A stretch of DNA of 64,000 nucleotides from an uncultured Alteromonas sp. GTDB taxonomy: Bacteria; Bacteroidota; Bacteroidia; Flavobacteriales; Flavobacteriaceae. Position 1 is the stretch's first letter; every line of letters starts with the position of its first letter. The stretch covers positions 1,535 through 65,534 of the forward strand of contig CAZOSF010000003.1 in NCBI GenBank assembly GCA_964582415.1, read 5' to 3'. The notes beneath the pieces were generated by a model. It ran no database searches, was not told where the DNA came from, and saw only the letters and a list, made by a program, of their open reading frames with translations. Positions 30,501 to 39,352 of the stretch are shown here, one piece after another. Made by a program: the position numbers and the translations under genes.

Positions 30501-33500
30501 AATGGAGGAAATACCCTTCCTAATCCAGAGCAACGATTTGGGGGAATCTCTAGACAATTAACCACCACCGATTTTGAAAGGGCCAATGTGGAATATATCC
30601 AATTTTGGTTGATGGATCCCTTCATTTACGAAGAAAACGCCACCAACCCAGGAGGTAAATTGACTTTCAACTTAGGGAATATTTCGGAGGATGTTCTGAA
30701 AGATGGTAGAAAGCAGTATGAAAATGGTTTGCCAGAAGATGGATCTGCAGTAAACACCCTTTCCACGGAATGGGGTAAAGTACCAAGCAATCAATCCTTG
30801 GTATATACCTTTAGCAGTACTGGAGGTGGACGTACCAATCAAGATATCGGTTTGGACGGTTTGAGCGATGCTGAAGAAGCGGCTCAATTCCCAGCCTTTG
30901 CCGGTCAGGAAGACCCTGCACGAGACAATTACCAGTATTTCCTTCAAGCAGAAGGTAATATTTTGGAACGTTATAGTTTGTTTAACGGAACGCAAGGAAA
31001 CTCTCCAGAAACCTTAACCAACACCGATAGAGGTAGCACTGCTCAACCGGATGTGGAAGATATCAACCGGGACAATACCATGAATACGGTAGACAGCTAT
31101 TTCGAATACGAATTGCAGATCACGCCGAACATGACATTGGAAACGCCTTATGTGACCGATATCAAGGAAATCACGGTGACCACTCAAACCAATCAGGAAA
31201 TTCCAGTGCGTTGGATTCAATTCCGAATTCCTCTGAACGACTATACCGAGGCAGTGAATGGTATTTCCGATTTCCGTTCTATTCGATTCATGCGACTCTT
31301 CATGTCCGGATTCCAACAACCCACGATCCTTCGATTGGGAACCTTGGAATTGTTCCGTGGGGATTATCGCCGATACACCGAGTCCTTGGATGCCGATGGA
31401 AGTCCAAATGAAACCGATAATACCACTTTTGAAAATGAAGCGGTTGGAGTTATTCAAAACAGTAACTATGTGATTCCTCCAGGAGTATATCGTGAGGAAT
31501 TGAACAATAATAACAACATCATCCGCCAAGACGAACAATCCCTTGCCCTTAGGGTTTGTGATTTGGAACCACAGGATGCAAGAGCGGTATATAAATATTT
31601 CAATGTGGACATGCGCCAGTACAAAAACCTGGAGATGTTTATCCATGCCGAATCCCTACCTGCTCCCGCCACCTTGCTGTCTGATGGTGAATTGGCTGCC
31701 TTTATTCGATTGGGTAATGACTTAAACACCAGTTTCTATGAAATTGAAATTCCATTGAATGTGTCGCCTAACTTGGAGAACCCAACCGATTCGGATGCAG
31801 ACATTGTTTGGCCTTTGGAGAACCGTTTGAACTTGCCGTTAAGCCTACTGCAAGAGGTAAAGACGCGAGTATTGGGAGATCCAAATATCGATATTACACA
31901 GGTAACCTACTTCGAACAAGCTGAATTGGATCCAGAATCGGTGAACGACAGCAATGAACTTCGAATTGGTATCAAGGGAAATCCAAGTTTCGGTAATGTG
32001 CGCGTCATCATGGTGGGGCTTCGCAACAAGTCCAACAATGATATCTGTGGAGAAGTTTGGTTCAACGAACTTCGAATGAGTGAATTGGAAAACAAAGGTG
32101 GCTGGGCTGCCGTAGGTAGTATGGATGCCAATGTAGCCGACTTCGCCAACATGAGTGCTACTGGAAGGATTTCTACCATCGGATTTGGTTCTATCGAACA
32201 AGGTCCAAATCAAAGAAGTTTGGAAGACACTAAACAATATGATGTGGTGACCAATTTCAATTTGGGTCAATTATTGCCAAAAAGCTGGGGGATTCAGTTG
32301 CCATTCAACTATGGAATTGGTGAAGAGATTATTACCCCAAAATACGATCCTCAATTTGATGATATCGAACTTCAAGCCCGTCTCGACAATACGGAAGATG
32401 CGGCAGAACGCGATGTAATTGAGGAACAGGCCATAAACTATACCAAAAGACAAAGTATTAACTTTATTGGAGTTCGTAAGAATAAAACGGGAGAGAGCAG
32501 TAAACCAATGCCCTATGACATTGAAAACTTCACCTTCTCCTACTCTTATAACCAAGAAGATCATCACGATTTTGAGATTGAACGCGCCCTGGATCAAAAC
32601 GTGCGTTTAGGAGGTACCTACGACTACACCTTTACACAAAAGCCCATTGAGCCGTTCAAGAAAAATGATTCCTTGTTTACCGGTAAATATTGGCAGTTCC
32701 TAAAGGACCTAAATTTTAATGTGCTTCCTTCCAATATTGCTGTTAGCTCGAATATTACGCGTCAGTACAACGAACAGAAGTTCCGTGAATTGGACTTGTC
32801 GGCAGATGCCATAGGTTTACCTGTATTGTATCAAAGGAATTTCCTTTTCGATTGGCAATATACCATCAACTATAATTTGACGAGTTCCCTGCGATTCAAT
32901 TTCAATGCAGCGAATAACCGAATCGTCAACAACTTTATCGAAAATGGAGAGGTAGACAATTCCATAGGAATTTGGGATGGCTTCTTTGAAGTGGGGGATC
33001 CGAATCAGCATGTCCAATCCCTGCAGTTGAACTACGATTTACCTACCGCCAAATTCCCATTCCTGAAATGGATTCGGGCGACCTATTCCTATCAAGGGGA
33101 TTTCCAATGGCAGGATGGTAGTGACTTGTTTTCCAATGTCGAAATTACCGATGATAACGGAAATACTACCTTCTATAATCTAGGTAATTCGATTCAAAAT
33201 GCTAGTACGCATAGGATTAACTCTTCCTTCGATATGAATAATTTCTATCGATATATCGGCTTAACCAAAATCAAGAAAAACAACCGAAACGCCCGTGAAG
33301 GAGGTCGAGGAGGCTCGTTATTAGGTGGCGGTGAAGGTCGTGGAAATAAAGGAGGAAATGAAAAAGGTGAAGGGGATAAGAGCTCGAGTGAATCTGGAAG
33401 GGAAGGTGTGGCTGAAAGAGGTCGTGGATCCGAATCACAGGAATCGGGAAGTTCTAGCTCATTAAATGCTGGACAAAAAGCGGCCAATACTCTGATTGGG

Positions 33501-34823
33501 CTTGCTACCTCCATCAAGAAAATCCAACTGAACTACGTTGAGAATAATGGTATCTTCCTGCCTGGATACCTACCGTCGATAGGTTTCGCTGGAACCCTAA
33601 AACCAACAACTGGATTTGTCTTTGGTAGCCAAGCTGAAGTTCGTGACCTAGCCGCTCGAAAAGGTTGGTTGACTTTATATCCAGAATTCAATGAGCGTTA
33701 TACAGAGGTAGAAAGCAGACAATTGGATGTGCAGGTGAACATGGAACTCTTACCCGATTTGAAAATCGATTTCAATGGTGCCAGGGCTTATGCCGAAAAT
33801 TATGCGGAGAACTACATTGTGGAAGACGGGCTTTACCGTTCATTGACGCCAAATATGTACGGTAATTTCAACATCACGACAGTGCTTTTGAAAACCGCTT
33901 TCAGTAAGAGCGACGAAATCTCTTCCGATGCATTCAATGATTTCCGTACCAACCGACTCACAGTAGCCAACCGATTGGCAGAACAGTTTTATGGTAGTGC
34001 GGCATTCGAAAGAGATGAGGATGGCTTCCCAATAGGATTTGGTAAAACAAGTCAACAGGTTTTATTGCCCGCCTTCCTGTCAGCCTATAAAGGAAGCGAT
34101 GCAGGTAAAGAGAAAACAGGAATCTTCAGAGATGTACCCCTGCCCAACTGGGATTTAAAATATACAGGATTGATGCGTATTGGATGGTTCAAGAAAAACT
34201 TCCGTCGATTTAGTATTCAGCATGGATATAGGGCGACGTATACGGTGAATCAGTTCCAAACTAACTTGGATTTTGACCGCAATAATCCAGAAGAATTGGA
34301 TCAAGCGGGCAACTTTAAAAGTCCTGTATTCTTGAACAACGTAAATTTGACCGAGCAGTTCTCTCCTTTGGTTCGTATCGATTTCGAAATGCAGAACTCC
34401 ATCAAGATTCTTGCAGAGATCAGAAAGGATCGTGCGCTTTCATTATCTTTTGCCAACAACCTTTTGACAGAGATTAAAGGACAAGAGTTGGTCATCGGTC
34501 TTGGATACCGTATCAAGGACTTAAAAATTGGCACCAATTTCGGAGGGAAAAGGCGTATCCTTTCCAGCGACTTGAATTTCAAACTGGATCTTTCCATTCG
34601 GGATAATAAGACCATTATCCGTTACTTGGACATAGAAAATAATCAAACAACGGCTGGCCAGACGATTTATGGTGTTCAGTTTACGGCGGATTATGCGCTT
34701 ACCAAAAACTTGACAGCATTGTTATACTACGACCATACGTTCTCTGAATATGCTATTTCAACGGCATTCCCTCAGACAACGATTCGTAGTGGATTGACGC
34801 TTCGTTATAATTTCGGAAATTAA
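27555..34823 (+). CDS. sprA: Type IX secretion system translocon / cell-surface protein SprA
   Basis: 2422-aa ORF with a signal peptide ([12 protein letters not shown]). Its size and composition fit a giant beta-barrel protein, and it sits next to ruvA as I recall for other flavobacteria. No in-frame ATG precedes the signal peptide, so the start must be TTG 27555 or GTG 27561. Confidence 0.85.
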   Translation: MGVKNYNLKNSFTKYIVLGILLMGAFGVKAQEDSTATGYDVGRMDLPNPTSIQDMYEYDPLTDRYILTQTLGEFNISYPIILTPEEYRDLVLKEQMKAYFKEKIDAADGRKEGAEEGQRNLLPTFYVNSDFFESVFGGNTIEIIPQGTVEMDLGVLYTKQDNPQFSPRNRSNLSFDFDQRISLSLLGKVGERLQVTANYDTQSTFDFQNIIKLEYTPTEDDIIQKIEVGNVSMPLNSSLIQGAQSLFGVKTQLQFGKTTITGIFSEQRSETRTVVAEGGATVTEYELFALDYDENRHFFLAHYFRDNYDRVLRNYPFINSNVQITRLEVWITNRNTSTNDVRNIVALQDIGEADVSNVGLNVIPGGFINKPKNSFPDNSNNDFNPFGIDDPSEQSILNNSIRDVATIQSGFGGVPVSEGIDYVTLENARKLQGNEYQLNSQLGYLSLNQRLNNDEVLAVAFQFTVNGKVYQVGEFSTDGVEATGFEGGVNPNPGGDPGETQAGIPQNLVVKLLKSNITNVNEPVWDLMMKNIYPIGAFELEQEDFRMNILYLDPSPINYLQPVSGTPFPAPDETDFNPVDLNDATLLRIFNLDRLNFNNDPQTGGDGFFDFYPGITVDQRNGNIIFTSVEPFGEYIFDKLSLETSEDYGNPITYNANQQKYVFRSMYRTTKIQAEQQQSDKNKFQMKGTYKSTGSDGIPIGAFNIPQGSVTVTAGGRTLVEGVDYTVNYQLGRVQILDPSLKSSNTPINISVENNTLFGQQTKRFTGLDVQHKFSDRFQLGGTFLNLNERPLTQKSAFQNEPINNTMIGLNANFSTEVPFLTRLVNKLPNIDTDVPSNVSMRGEFAYLIPGAPKVSDFNGKTTAYVDDFEAAQTAIDISAPLTWFLSSTPIGLGGELENNNLAYNYNRAKLNWYTIDPIFYSSQRPDGVTDQDLSSPFTRRVFRNEIFPDQDLIQGQTQALFPLDLAFYPSERGPYNFNPAANGGNTLPNPEQRFGGISRQLTTTDFERANVEYIQFWLMDPFIYEENATNPGGKLTFNLGNISEDVLKDGRKQYENGLPEDGSAVNTLSTEWGKVPSNQSLVYTFSSTGGGRTNQDIGLDGLSDAEEAAQFPAFAGQEDPARDNYQYFLQAEGNILERYSLFNGTQGNSPETLTNTDRGSTAQPDVEDINRDNTMNTVDSYFEYELQITPNMTLETPYVTDIKEITVTTQTNQEIPVRWIQFRIPLNDYTEAVNGISDFRSIRFMRLFMSGFQQPTILRLGTLELFRGDYRRYTESLDADGSPNETDNTTFENEAVGVIQNSNYVIPPGVYREELNNNNNIIRQDEQSLALRVCDLEPQDARAVYKYFNVDMRQYKNLEMFIHAESLPAPATLLSDGELAAFIRLGNDLNTSFYEIEIPLNVSPNLENPTDSDADIVWPLENRLNLPLSLLQEVKTRVLGDPNIDITQVTYFEQAELDPESVNDSNELRIGIKGNPSFGNVRVIMVGLRNKSNNDICGEVWFNELRMSELENKGGWAAVGSMDANVADFANMSATGRISTIGFGSIEQGPNQRSLEDTKQYDVVTNFNLGQLLPKSWGIQLPFNYGIGEEIITPKYDPQFDDIELQARLDNTEDAAERDVIEEQAINYTKRQSINFIGVRKNKTGESSKPMPYDIENFTFSYSYNQEDHHDFEIERALDQNVRLGGTYDYTFTQKPIEPFKKNDSLFTGKYWQFLKDLNFNVLPSNIAVSSNITRQYNEQKFRELDLSADAIGLPVLYQRNFLFDWQYTINYNLTSSLRFNFNAANNRIVNNFIENGEVDNSIGIWDGFFEVGDPNQHVQSLQLNYDLPTAKFPFLKWIRATYSYQGDFQWQDGSDLFSNVEITDDNGNTTFYNLGNSIQNASTHRINSSFDMNNFYRYIGLTKIKKNNRNAREGGRGGSLLGGGEGRGNKGGNEKGEGDKSSSESGREGVAERGRGSESQESGSSSSLNAGQKAANTLIGLATSIKKIQLNYVENNGIFLPGYLPSIGFAGTLKPTTGFVFGSQAEVRDLAARKGWLTLYPEFNERYTEVESRQLDVQVNMELLPDLKIDFNGARAYAENYAENYIVEDGLYRSLTPNMYGNFNITTVLLKTAFSKSDEISSDAFNDFRTNRLTVANRLAEQFYGSAAFERDEDGFPIGFGKTSQQVLLPAFLSAYKGSDAGKEKTGIFRDVPLPNWDLKYTGLMRIGWFKKNFRRFSIQHGYRATYTVNQFQTNLDFDRNNPEELDQAGNFKSPVFLNNVNLTEQFSPLVRIDFEMQNSIKILAEIRKDRALSLSFANNLLTEIKGQELVIGLGYRIKDLKIGTNFGGKRRILSSDLNFKLDLSIRDNKTIIRYLDIENNQTTAGQTIYGVQFTADYALTKNLTALLYYDHTFSEYAISTAFPQTTIRSGLTLRYNFGN

Positions 34824-34845
34824 CAACCTTAATATTAGTAAAAAC

Positions 34846-35223
34846 ATGAATGTTCCTTCAGATTTAAAATATACCAAAGATCACGAATGGGTATCTATCG
34901 ATGGCGATATTGCCACAGTTGGTATTACTGATTTTGCCCAAGATCAACTTGGGGATATTGTTTATGTAGAAGTAGAAACCGTCGATGAAACCTTAGATAA
35001 GGAAGAGGTGTTCGGAACGGTGGAGGCAGTAAAGACGGTATCCGATTTATTGTTGCCTCTTTCTGGTGAAATCATTGAATTTAATGACCACCTTGAGGCG
35101 GAACCCGAAAAGGTGAATACAGACCCTTACGGAGAAGGTTGGATGATTAAAATCAAGATATCAAATCCTGATGAGGTAGAATATTTATTGGACGATGCTG
35201 CCTATAAAGAACTTATTGGATAA
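34846..35223 (+). CDS. gcvH: Glycine cleavage system protein H
   Basis: 125-aa ORF with the lipoyl-lysine motif [12 protein letters not shown]. Confidence 0.93.
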   Translation: MNVPSDLKYTKDHEWVSIDGDIATVGITDFAQDQLGDIVYVEVETVDETLDKEEVFGTVEAVKTVSDLLLPLSGEIIEFNDHLEAEPEKVNTDPYGEGWMIKIKISNPDEVEYLLDDAAYKELIG

Positions 35224-35231
35224 AGAACTTA

Positions 35232-35606
35232 TTGGAGCATAAATATTTAATGATAATAACGGTATTCTTCCAAATAGGAGTCACCGTTTTGATGTTATTA
35301 CCCAGTTCTGGGTTTCCCAATATTCAAATTTCCAATTTCGATAAACTGGCCCACGTTGGAATTTATTTCCTTTCTTTCCTTCTGTGGGTCTTTAGTTTTT
35401 TCAATAAGGCAGGGAGTTTAAAAAACTTGGTTTTCCTTGTCTTAGTGCTGTTGCTGATTTATGGTATGGTTATTGAAGTCGTTCAAGGGCAAGTCATTCC
35501 GGATCGCACATCGGACATTTGGGATGTGGTTGCCAATATTGTTGGTTTAGGAATAGGATGGGTCGCATTTTATATATTGAAGCCTATTTGGCCGGCAAAA
35601 AATTGA
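35232..35606 (+). CDS. VanZ family membrane protein
   Basis: The VanZ pattern is FDKLAHVGIY...IEVVQGQVIPDRTSDIWDVVANIVG. The start is TTG 35232 or ATG 35250. Confidence 0.7.
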   Translation: MEHKYLMIITVFFQIGVTVLMLLPSSGFPNIQISNFDKLAHVGIYFLSFLLWVFSFFNKAGSLKNLVFLVLVLLLIYGMVIEVVQGQVIPDRTSDIWDVVANIVGLGIGWVAFYILKPIWPAKN

Positions 35607-35665
35607 AATTCTTTTTATAACAATACTTTTTTATATATTTTAGCAACTCTCTTAAACACGCTGTT

Positions 35666-36388
35666 ATGGAACCAAAGAAAAACCCGAAAGCCGACCTCAA
35701 TCGATGGAGCTCAATCTATCTATTGGCAGGATTGGTTTTAATGTTATTCATAGCTTGGCAGGCTGTAGAATGGAAAACCTATGAAAAGGATAAACTGGCA
35801 TCTGAAACCTTGGATGTCGGGGACGACCTTTTGGAAGATGTGCCGATCACACAACAGTTAACGCCTCCACCACCTCCACCACCTCCACCACCAGCTCCAG
35901 ATGTGATTGAAGTGGTTGAAGATGAAGAAGAAGTGGAAGAAACCATTATCGAATCTACTGAAACGAACCAAGAAGAGGAAATCGTTGAAATCGAAGAAAT
36001 CGAAGAGGTAGAAGAAGAAGAAATTGCGGATGTACCTTTTGCAGTAATTGAAAACGTACCAATTTATCCTGGTTGTGAAAATGCTGGAAACAACGAGGCG
36101 AAAAAACAGTGTATGTCTGAAAAGGTAATGAAATACGTACAAAAGAAATTCAATACCGAATTGGCTAACGATTTGGGATTGGAAGGTAAACAGCGTATTT
36201 CTGTTCAATTCAAGATTGATAGAAAAGGAAACGTAGTAGATGTGCGTGCTCGTGCACCACACCCAAGATTAGAGCAGGAAGCCATTGAAGTGGTAAAGTC
36301 CTTGCCAAAAATGACCCCTGGTAAACAACGTGGTCAACCTGTTGGGGTATTGTATGCCCTGCCTATTTTATTCCAGGTGGAAAACTAA
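35666..36388 (+). CDS. Energy transducer TonB paralog 1
   Basis: N-terminal TM anchor, a run of ten prolines, an acidic E/V/I-rich linker, and a C-terminal TonB-type domain with the flavobacterial VPIYPGC...C motif. Confidence 0.8.
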   Translation: MEPKKNPKADLNRWSSIYLLAGLVLMLFIAWQAVEWKTYEKDKLASETLDVGDDLLEDVPITQQLTPPPPPPPPPPAPDVIEVVEDEEEVEETIIESTETNQEEEIVEIEEIEEVEEEEIADVPFAVIENVPIYPGCENAGNNEAKKQCMSEKVMKYVQKKFNTELANDLGLEGKQRISVQFKIDRKGNVVDVRARAPHPRLEQEAIEVVKSLPKMTPGKQRGQPVGVLYALPILFQVEN

Positions 36389-36412
36389 AAACGATAACTC
36401 GTGTTTTATATA

Positions 36413-36447
36413 AATCGCCTCCCAATTGGGGGGCGATTCTTTTTTTG
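36413..36447 (+). terminator. Intrinsic terminator after TonB paralog 1
   Basis: AATCGCCTCCC-aatt-GGGGGGCGATT-cttttttt. Confidence 0.8.
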
Positions 36448-36492
36448 GCATGTGGGTTGTTCTCGTGATGGAAACAGTTAAAAAAGATAACT

Positions 36493-37290
36493 ATGAGACC
36501 ATCACATGAAAATCGAAAAAAGAGTGCGGAAGCTTTACTTTCCACCCGAGAAGTAAAAAGACAAATCGCCATTCAGTGGAACAGCAGTTTGTTTTTTCAG
36601 CTAGGATTAATCGTAAGCCTTCTTATGATGATCTGGATTGTTCAACAAGACTGGAAAGTTATGGCAAGGACAAAGGAATCGCCAAGAGTGCGAATTGCCT
36701 TAACAGAACCACCAGCGATGACGTATAGTGTTGAACAACCTCCCGTCCAGCAACCAGAACAGAAGGAGCCTCCACAGAAGACTATGAAACCCCTTCAGAA
36801 GCCTGTGAGTAGCCTAACAGCTGTTTCGAATAAGAGTACCATGACAGAATCTAAAGTGGCACCCAGCGAACCGGATAACAATCCATTGCCAGAAATACGG
36901 GCGACGGTACCCTCAAAACCGACAGGGCCCACCAATGTGTTGCAGGTGGAAGAAGTCCCAATCTTTCCTGGATGTAATACGAAGGGAAATAAAAAGGAGC
37001 GACTGGCTTGTTTCCAAGAAAAGATTCAAAAATTTGTTGGGAAGAAATTTAGAACAGATGCTTTTGTCGATCGCTATCCTGGTGAGCGTAAACAAATACA
37101 CGTCATGTTCACTATAGATGAAAAAGGAAAGGTCACAGATATAAAGTCGGTAAGTAAGGGTGCAGATGACCTAGCTCAGGAAGCAACACGAGTTATTGGT
37201 GTCTTACCTCAAATGATTCCTGGCAAGCAAAACTCTCAACCTGTACGGGTGGTATACACTTTGCCAATAACGATTTCCATAGATTATTAA
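36493..37290 (+). CDS. Energy transducer TonB paralog 2
   Basis: TM anchor, Pro/Gln-rich linker, and a C-terminal domain with VPIFPGC...LAC that is colinear with paralog 1. Confidence 0.75.
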   Translation: MRPSHENRKKSAEALLSTREVKRQIAIQWNSSLFFQLGLIVSLLMMIWIVQQDWKVMARTKESPRVRIALTEPPAMTYSVEQPPVQQPEQKEPPQKTMKPLQKPVSSLTAVSNKSTMTESKVAPSEPDNNPLPEIRATVPSKPTGPTNVLQVEEVPIFPGCNTKGNKKERLACFQEKIQKFVGKKFRTDAFVDRYPGERKQIHVMFTIDEKGKVTDIKSVSKGADDLAQEATRVIGVLPQMIPGKQNSQPVRVVYTLPITISIDY

Positions 37291-37305
37291 GCCTTCCCAA
37301 AATAC

Positions 37306-37333
37306 GAATTGCCGCCTATCAAAGCGGCAATTC
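37306..37333. terminator. Hairpin between the convergent TonB-2 and esterase genes (weak terminator candidate)
   Basis: GAATTGCCGC-ctatcaaa-GCGGCAATTC. There is no clean T-run on either side. Confidence 0.35.
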
Positions 37334-37382
37334 ATCTGTAAATTTTTATGATACGTTTGTCTTAACGATTTGCACTAAACTA

Positions 37383-38603
37383 TTAGTTTGCTGTAAGGGC
37401 TTCCAATTTCTGTTTTGTTTGTTCCGAGTTACCCAAGGAAAGTGCTTTTTTGAAGGAGGCTATTGCCTTTTCATTTTCTCCTGCCGCCATATAGTAATCT
37501 CCAAGGGAATCATAGGTATTTGCGCTGTCGGGATATAATTTTATGTTCAAAAGAAATAAATCTTCGGCCTTTTTAAGATGATCTAAGCTTAAAAACTGAT
37601 AGCCCATCATATTTACAAATCCTTCTTCTGGGAGTACTTCGTAGCCCAAACGTAGGGATACTTCTTTATAATGGTCTTCCAAGCTCTTAGCGACCGAGCT
37701 TTCGGGATTTAGAAAGTCCTTCATGGTGAGTGAAGGGTTGTAATAGTCGAAAATGAATCGAAGGGCATCGTAGGTGGCAATTAATGGGACCGTAGTATGC
37801 ATTTCATCTGGATAGAATTTACTGTGAAATCTTAATTGGCCCAAGGGATGGTTATGCAAGAAATCCTCAATGGCAAGTTGGCTTTTCAAATTATCTGCTA
37901 TAAAATCATCTTCCGAAAGCGATTCATTCAAGTCCTTTCCGATATCGATATTTGAGTTGCCCAAGAACAATACTTTTCGATCAAATTTCTTCGTATCTAA
38001 AGCGGCCGCTTCAAACTCTTGCAGAATCCTGCCCCTTACCCAATTGGTGGTAGGATCTAAGGCAATATATGCATCAAATAATTCCGGATAGTGCAGAAAA
38101 GTATGCAGTACTGTAAGCCCACCGAAAGAATGCCCGATAAACAACCGATAAGGCGCCGTAGGGTATTTTGATTCCACGTATGGAATGAGTTCTTTTTCCA
38201 AAAAGGAAATAAAATTTTCTCCTCCGCCAGATCCCTCAAGGAATTGGGGAGGCATCATGGAGTCAATGGGATTTGGTTTATAGGGGGTAAGATCTCTTGT
38301 CCTGTCTGTATTGAGAATACCCACAACGATCATCTCAGGACATAGTGTATTCATATTGGAATAACTGAAATGATTGATCAGTCCAGTAACAGAATGAAAT
38401 TGTACACTCGCATCCAAGAGATATACTACGGGGTAGCGTTTAGACGAATTGAAATTTTCCGGTAAGTGTACCCATATGGTTCGTTTCTCATTCAAGATTT
38501 TTGAATCCAAATGGTCTACTTTTCCAATTACTACTTCATTTTGTGAAAATCCAATCGAGTATTGGAAAATGCTGATGAGAATAATGAGATGCTTAAGTTT
38601 CAT
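37383..38603 (-). CDS. Secreted alpha/beta-hydrolase (esterase D / enterochelin-esterase-like fold) with C-terminal TPR repeats
   Basis: Signal peptide MKLKHLIILISIFQYSIGFSQ, nucleophile elbow GHSFGG, and a C-terminal TPR-like segment (YPDSANTYDSLGDYYMAAGENEKAIASFKKALSL). Confidence 0.7.
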   Translation of the reverse strand: MKLKHLIILISIFQYSIGFSQNEVVIGKVDHLDSKILNEKRTIWVHLPENFNSSKRYPVVYLLDASVQFHSVTGLINHFSYSNMNTLCPEMIVVGILNTDRTRDLTPYKPNPIDSMMPPQFLEGSGGGENFISFLEKELIPYVESKYPTAPYRLFIGHSFGGLTVLHTFLHYPELFDAYIALDPTTNWVRGRILQEFEAAALDTKKFDRKVLFLGNSNIDIGKDLNESLSEDDFIADNLKSQLAIEDFLHNHPLGQLRFHSKFYPDEMHTTVPLIATYDALRFIFDYYNPSLTMKDFLNPESSVAKSLEDHYKEVSLRLGYEVLPEEGFVNMMGYQFLSLDHLKKAEDLFLLNIKLYPDSANTYDSLGDYYMAAGENEKAIASFKKALSLGNSEQTKQKLEALTAN

Positions 38604-38625
38604 AAGAAGTCGGATTTATTGATTT

Positions 38626-38961
38626 TTAGAGATTCTGATGGTATTGTTTCAATATATCACTGGATACGGCATAAAGCTTTAGCGCTTCGTCAAAGAGGAG
38701 ATTAAGATTTTCCGTAGATTCACTTCTAGCCCCGCTTTCTATCGCCATTATTACTTCTTTCAATGAATGGATTCCCATAAATTCTGTCTGGGGTTTCAGG
38801 GAATGGGCATGAATTGCCAAATTCGACCAATCTTCCTTGGCTAGGAACTCCTTCATTTTTTGCAGAATTAGGGGGGTCTCAGAGAGATACATCCCAATAT
38901 ACCGCTTCATTTTACTTGTATCGCCTTTGGAAAATTTTTCCAAAAATGTTAAATCAACCAT
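38626..38961 (-). CDS. Hpt (histidine phosphotransfer) domain protein
   Basis: 111-aa ORF with the Hpt phospho-His motif HAHSLKPQTEFMG. Its ATG immediately follows the TAA of the upstream receiver gene. Confidence 0.8.
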   Translation of the reverse strand: MVDLTFLEKFSKGDTSKMKRYIGMYLSETPLILQKMKEFLAKEDWSNLAIHAHSLKPQTEFMGIHSLKEVIMAIESGARSESTENLNLLFDEALKLYAVSSDILKQYHQNL

Positions 38962-39348
38962 TTATGAATTTGCATTTATTAAATCGAATATTTCTTGAAA
39001 GGCATCTGATCCTTTAATGACGTAATGAATGGCACCAAACATGATGGTTTGTCCTGCTGTACTGTAACTTTCCTGACTGGAAAGCATTATGACGGGTAAG
39101 GCTTTGTTTTTCTTTTTCAGTTCCTTTAATATGTCTAATCCATTCGCTGCATTTTTTTCTCGAGAGTTGAGATAGTAGTCCAATACTACAATGTCAGGGT
39201 GCGTGTCCAAGGCGCTCAGACAGGCTTCTCCAGTAGGGAAACTGACAATCTCGAGATTTGGATCCTGGTTTTTTAGATAGTCGGTGAGCATTTCCGACAA
39301 CAGAGGTTCATCATCTACAATGAATACTTTTGTTGATTTAGTTGTCAT
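38962..39348 (-). CDS. Stand-alone response-regulator receiver (CheY-like)
   Basis: 128-aa ORF with the acidic pair VDDE, phospho-acceptor VVLDYYL, then MLSSQ and VIKG. All canonical receiver positions are present. Confidence 0.85.
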   Translation of the reverse strand: MTTKSTKVFIVDDEPLLSEMLTDYLKNQDPNLEIVSFPTGEACLSALDTHPDIVVLDYYLNSREKNAANGLDILKELKKKNKALPVIMLSSQESYSTAGQTIMFGAIHYVIKGSDAFQEIFDLINANS

Positions 39349-39352
39349 GGCG

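Noticed and set aside
31014-31646. 210-aa antisense ORF inside sprA (plus many shorter ones between 28131 and 34615)
   Set aside because: They are embedded in a single uninterrupted 2422-codon reading frame with coherent protein features. The antisense products have no motifs or signal sequences.
35866-35895. Poly-proline codon tract (ccacctccaccacctccaccaccagctcca) considered as a slipped-strand phase-variation site
   Set aside because: It is a mixed-codon tract, not a homopolymer or a perfect short tandem repeat. Pro-rich linkers are a normal TonB feature.
35858-36262. 134-aa antisense ORF with a WWWRWWRWWRR tail opposite TonB paralog 1
   Set aside because: The Trp/Arg run is simply the reverse complement of the poly-proline (CCA/CCT) tract, so this is an artefact.
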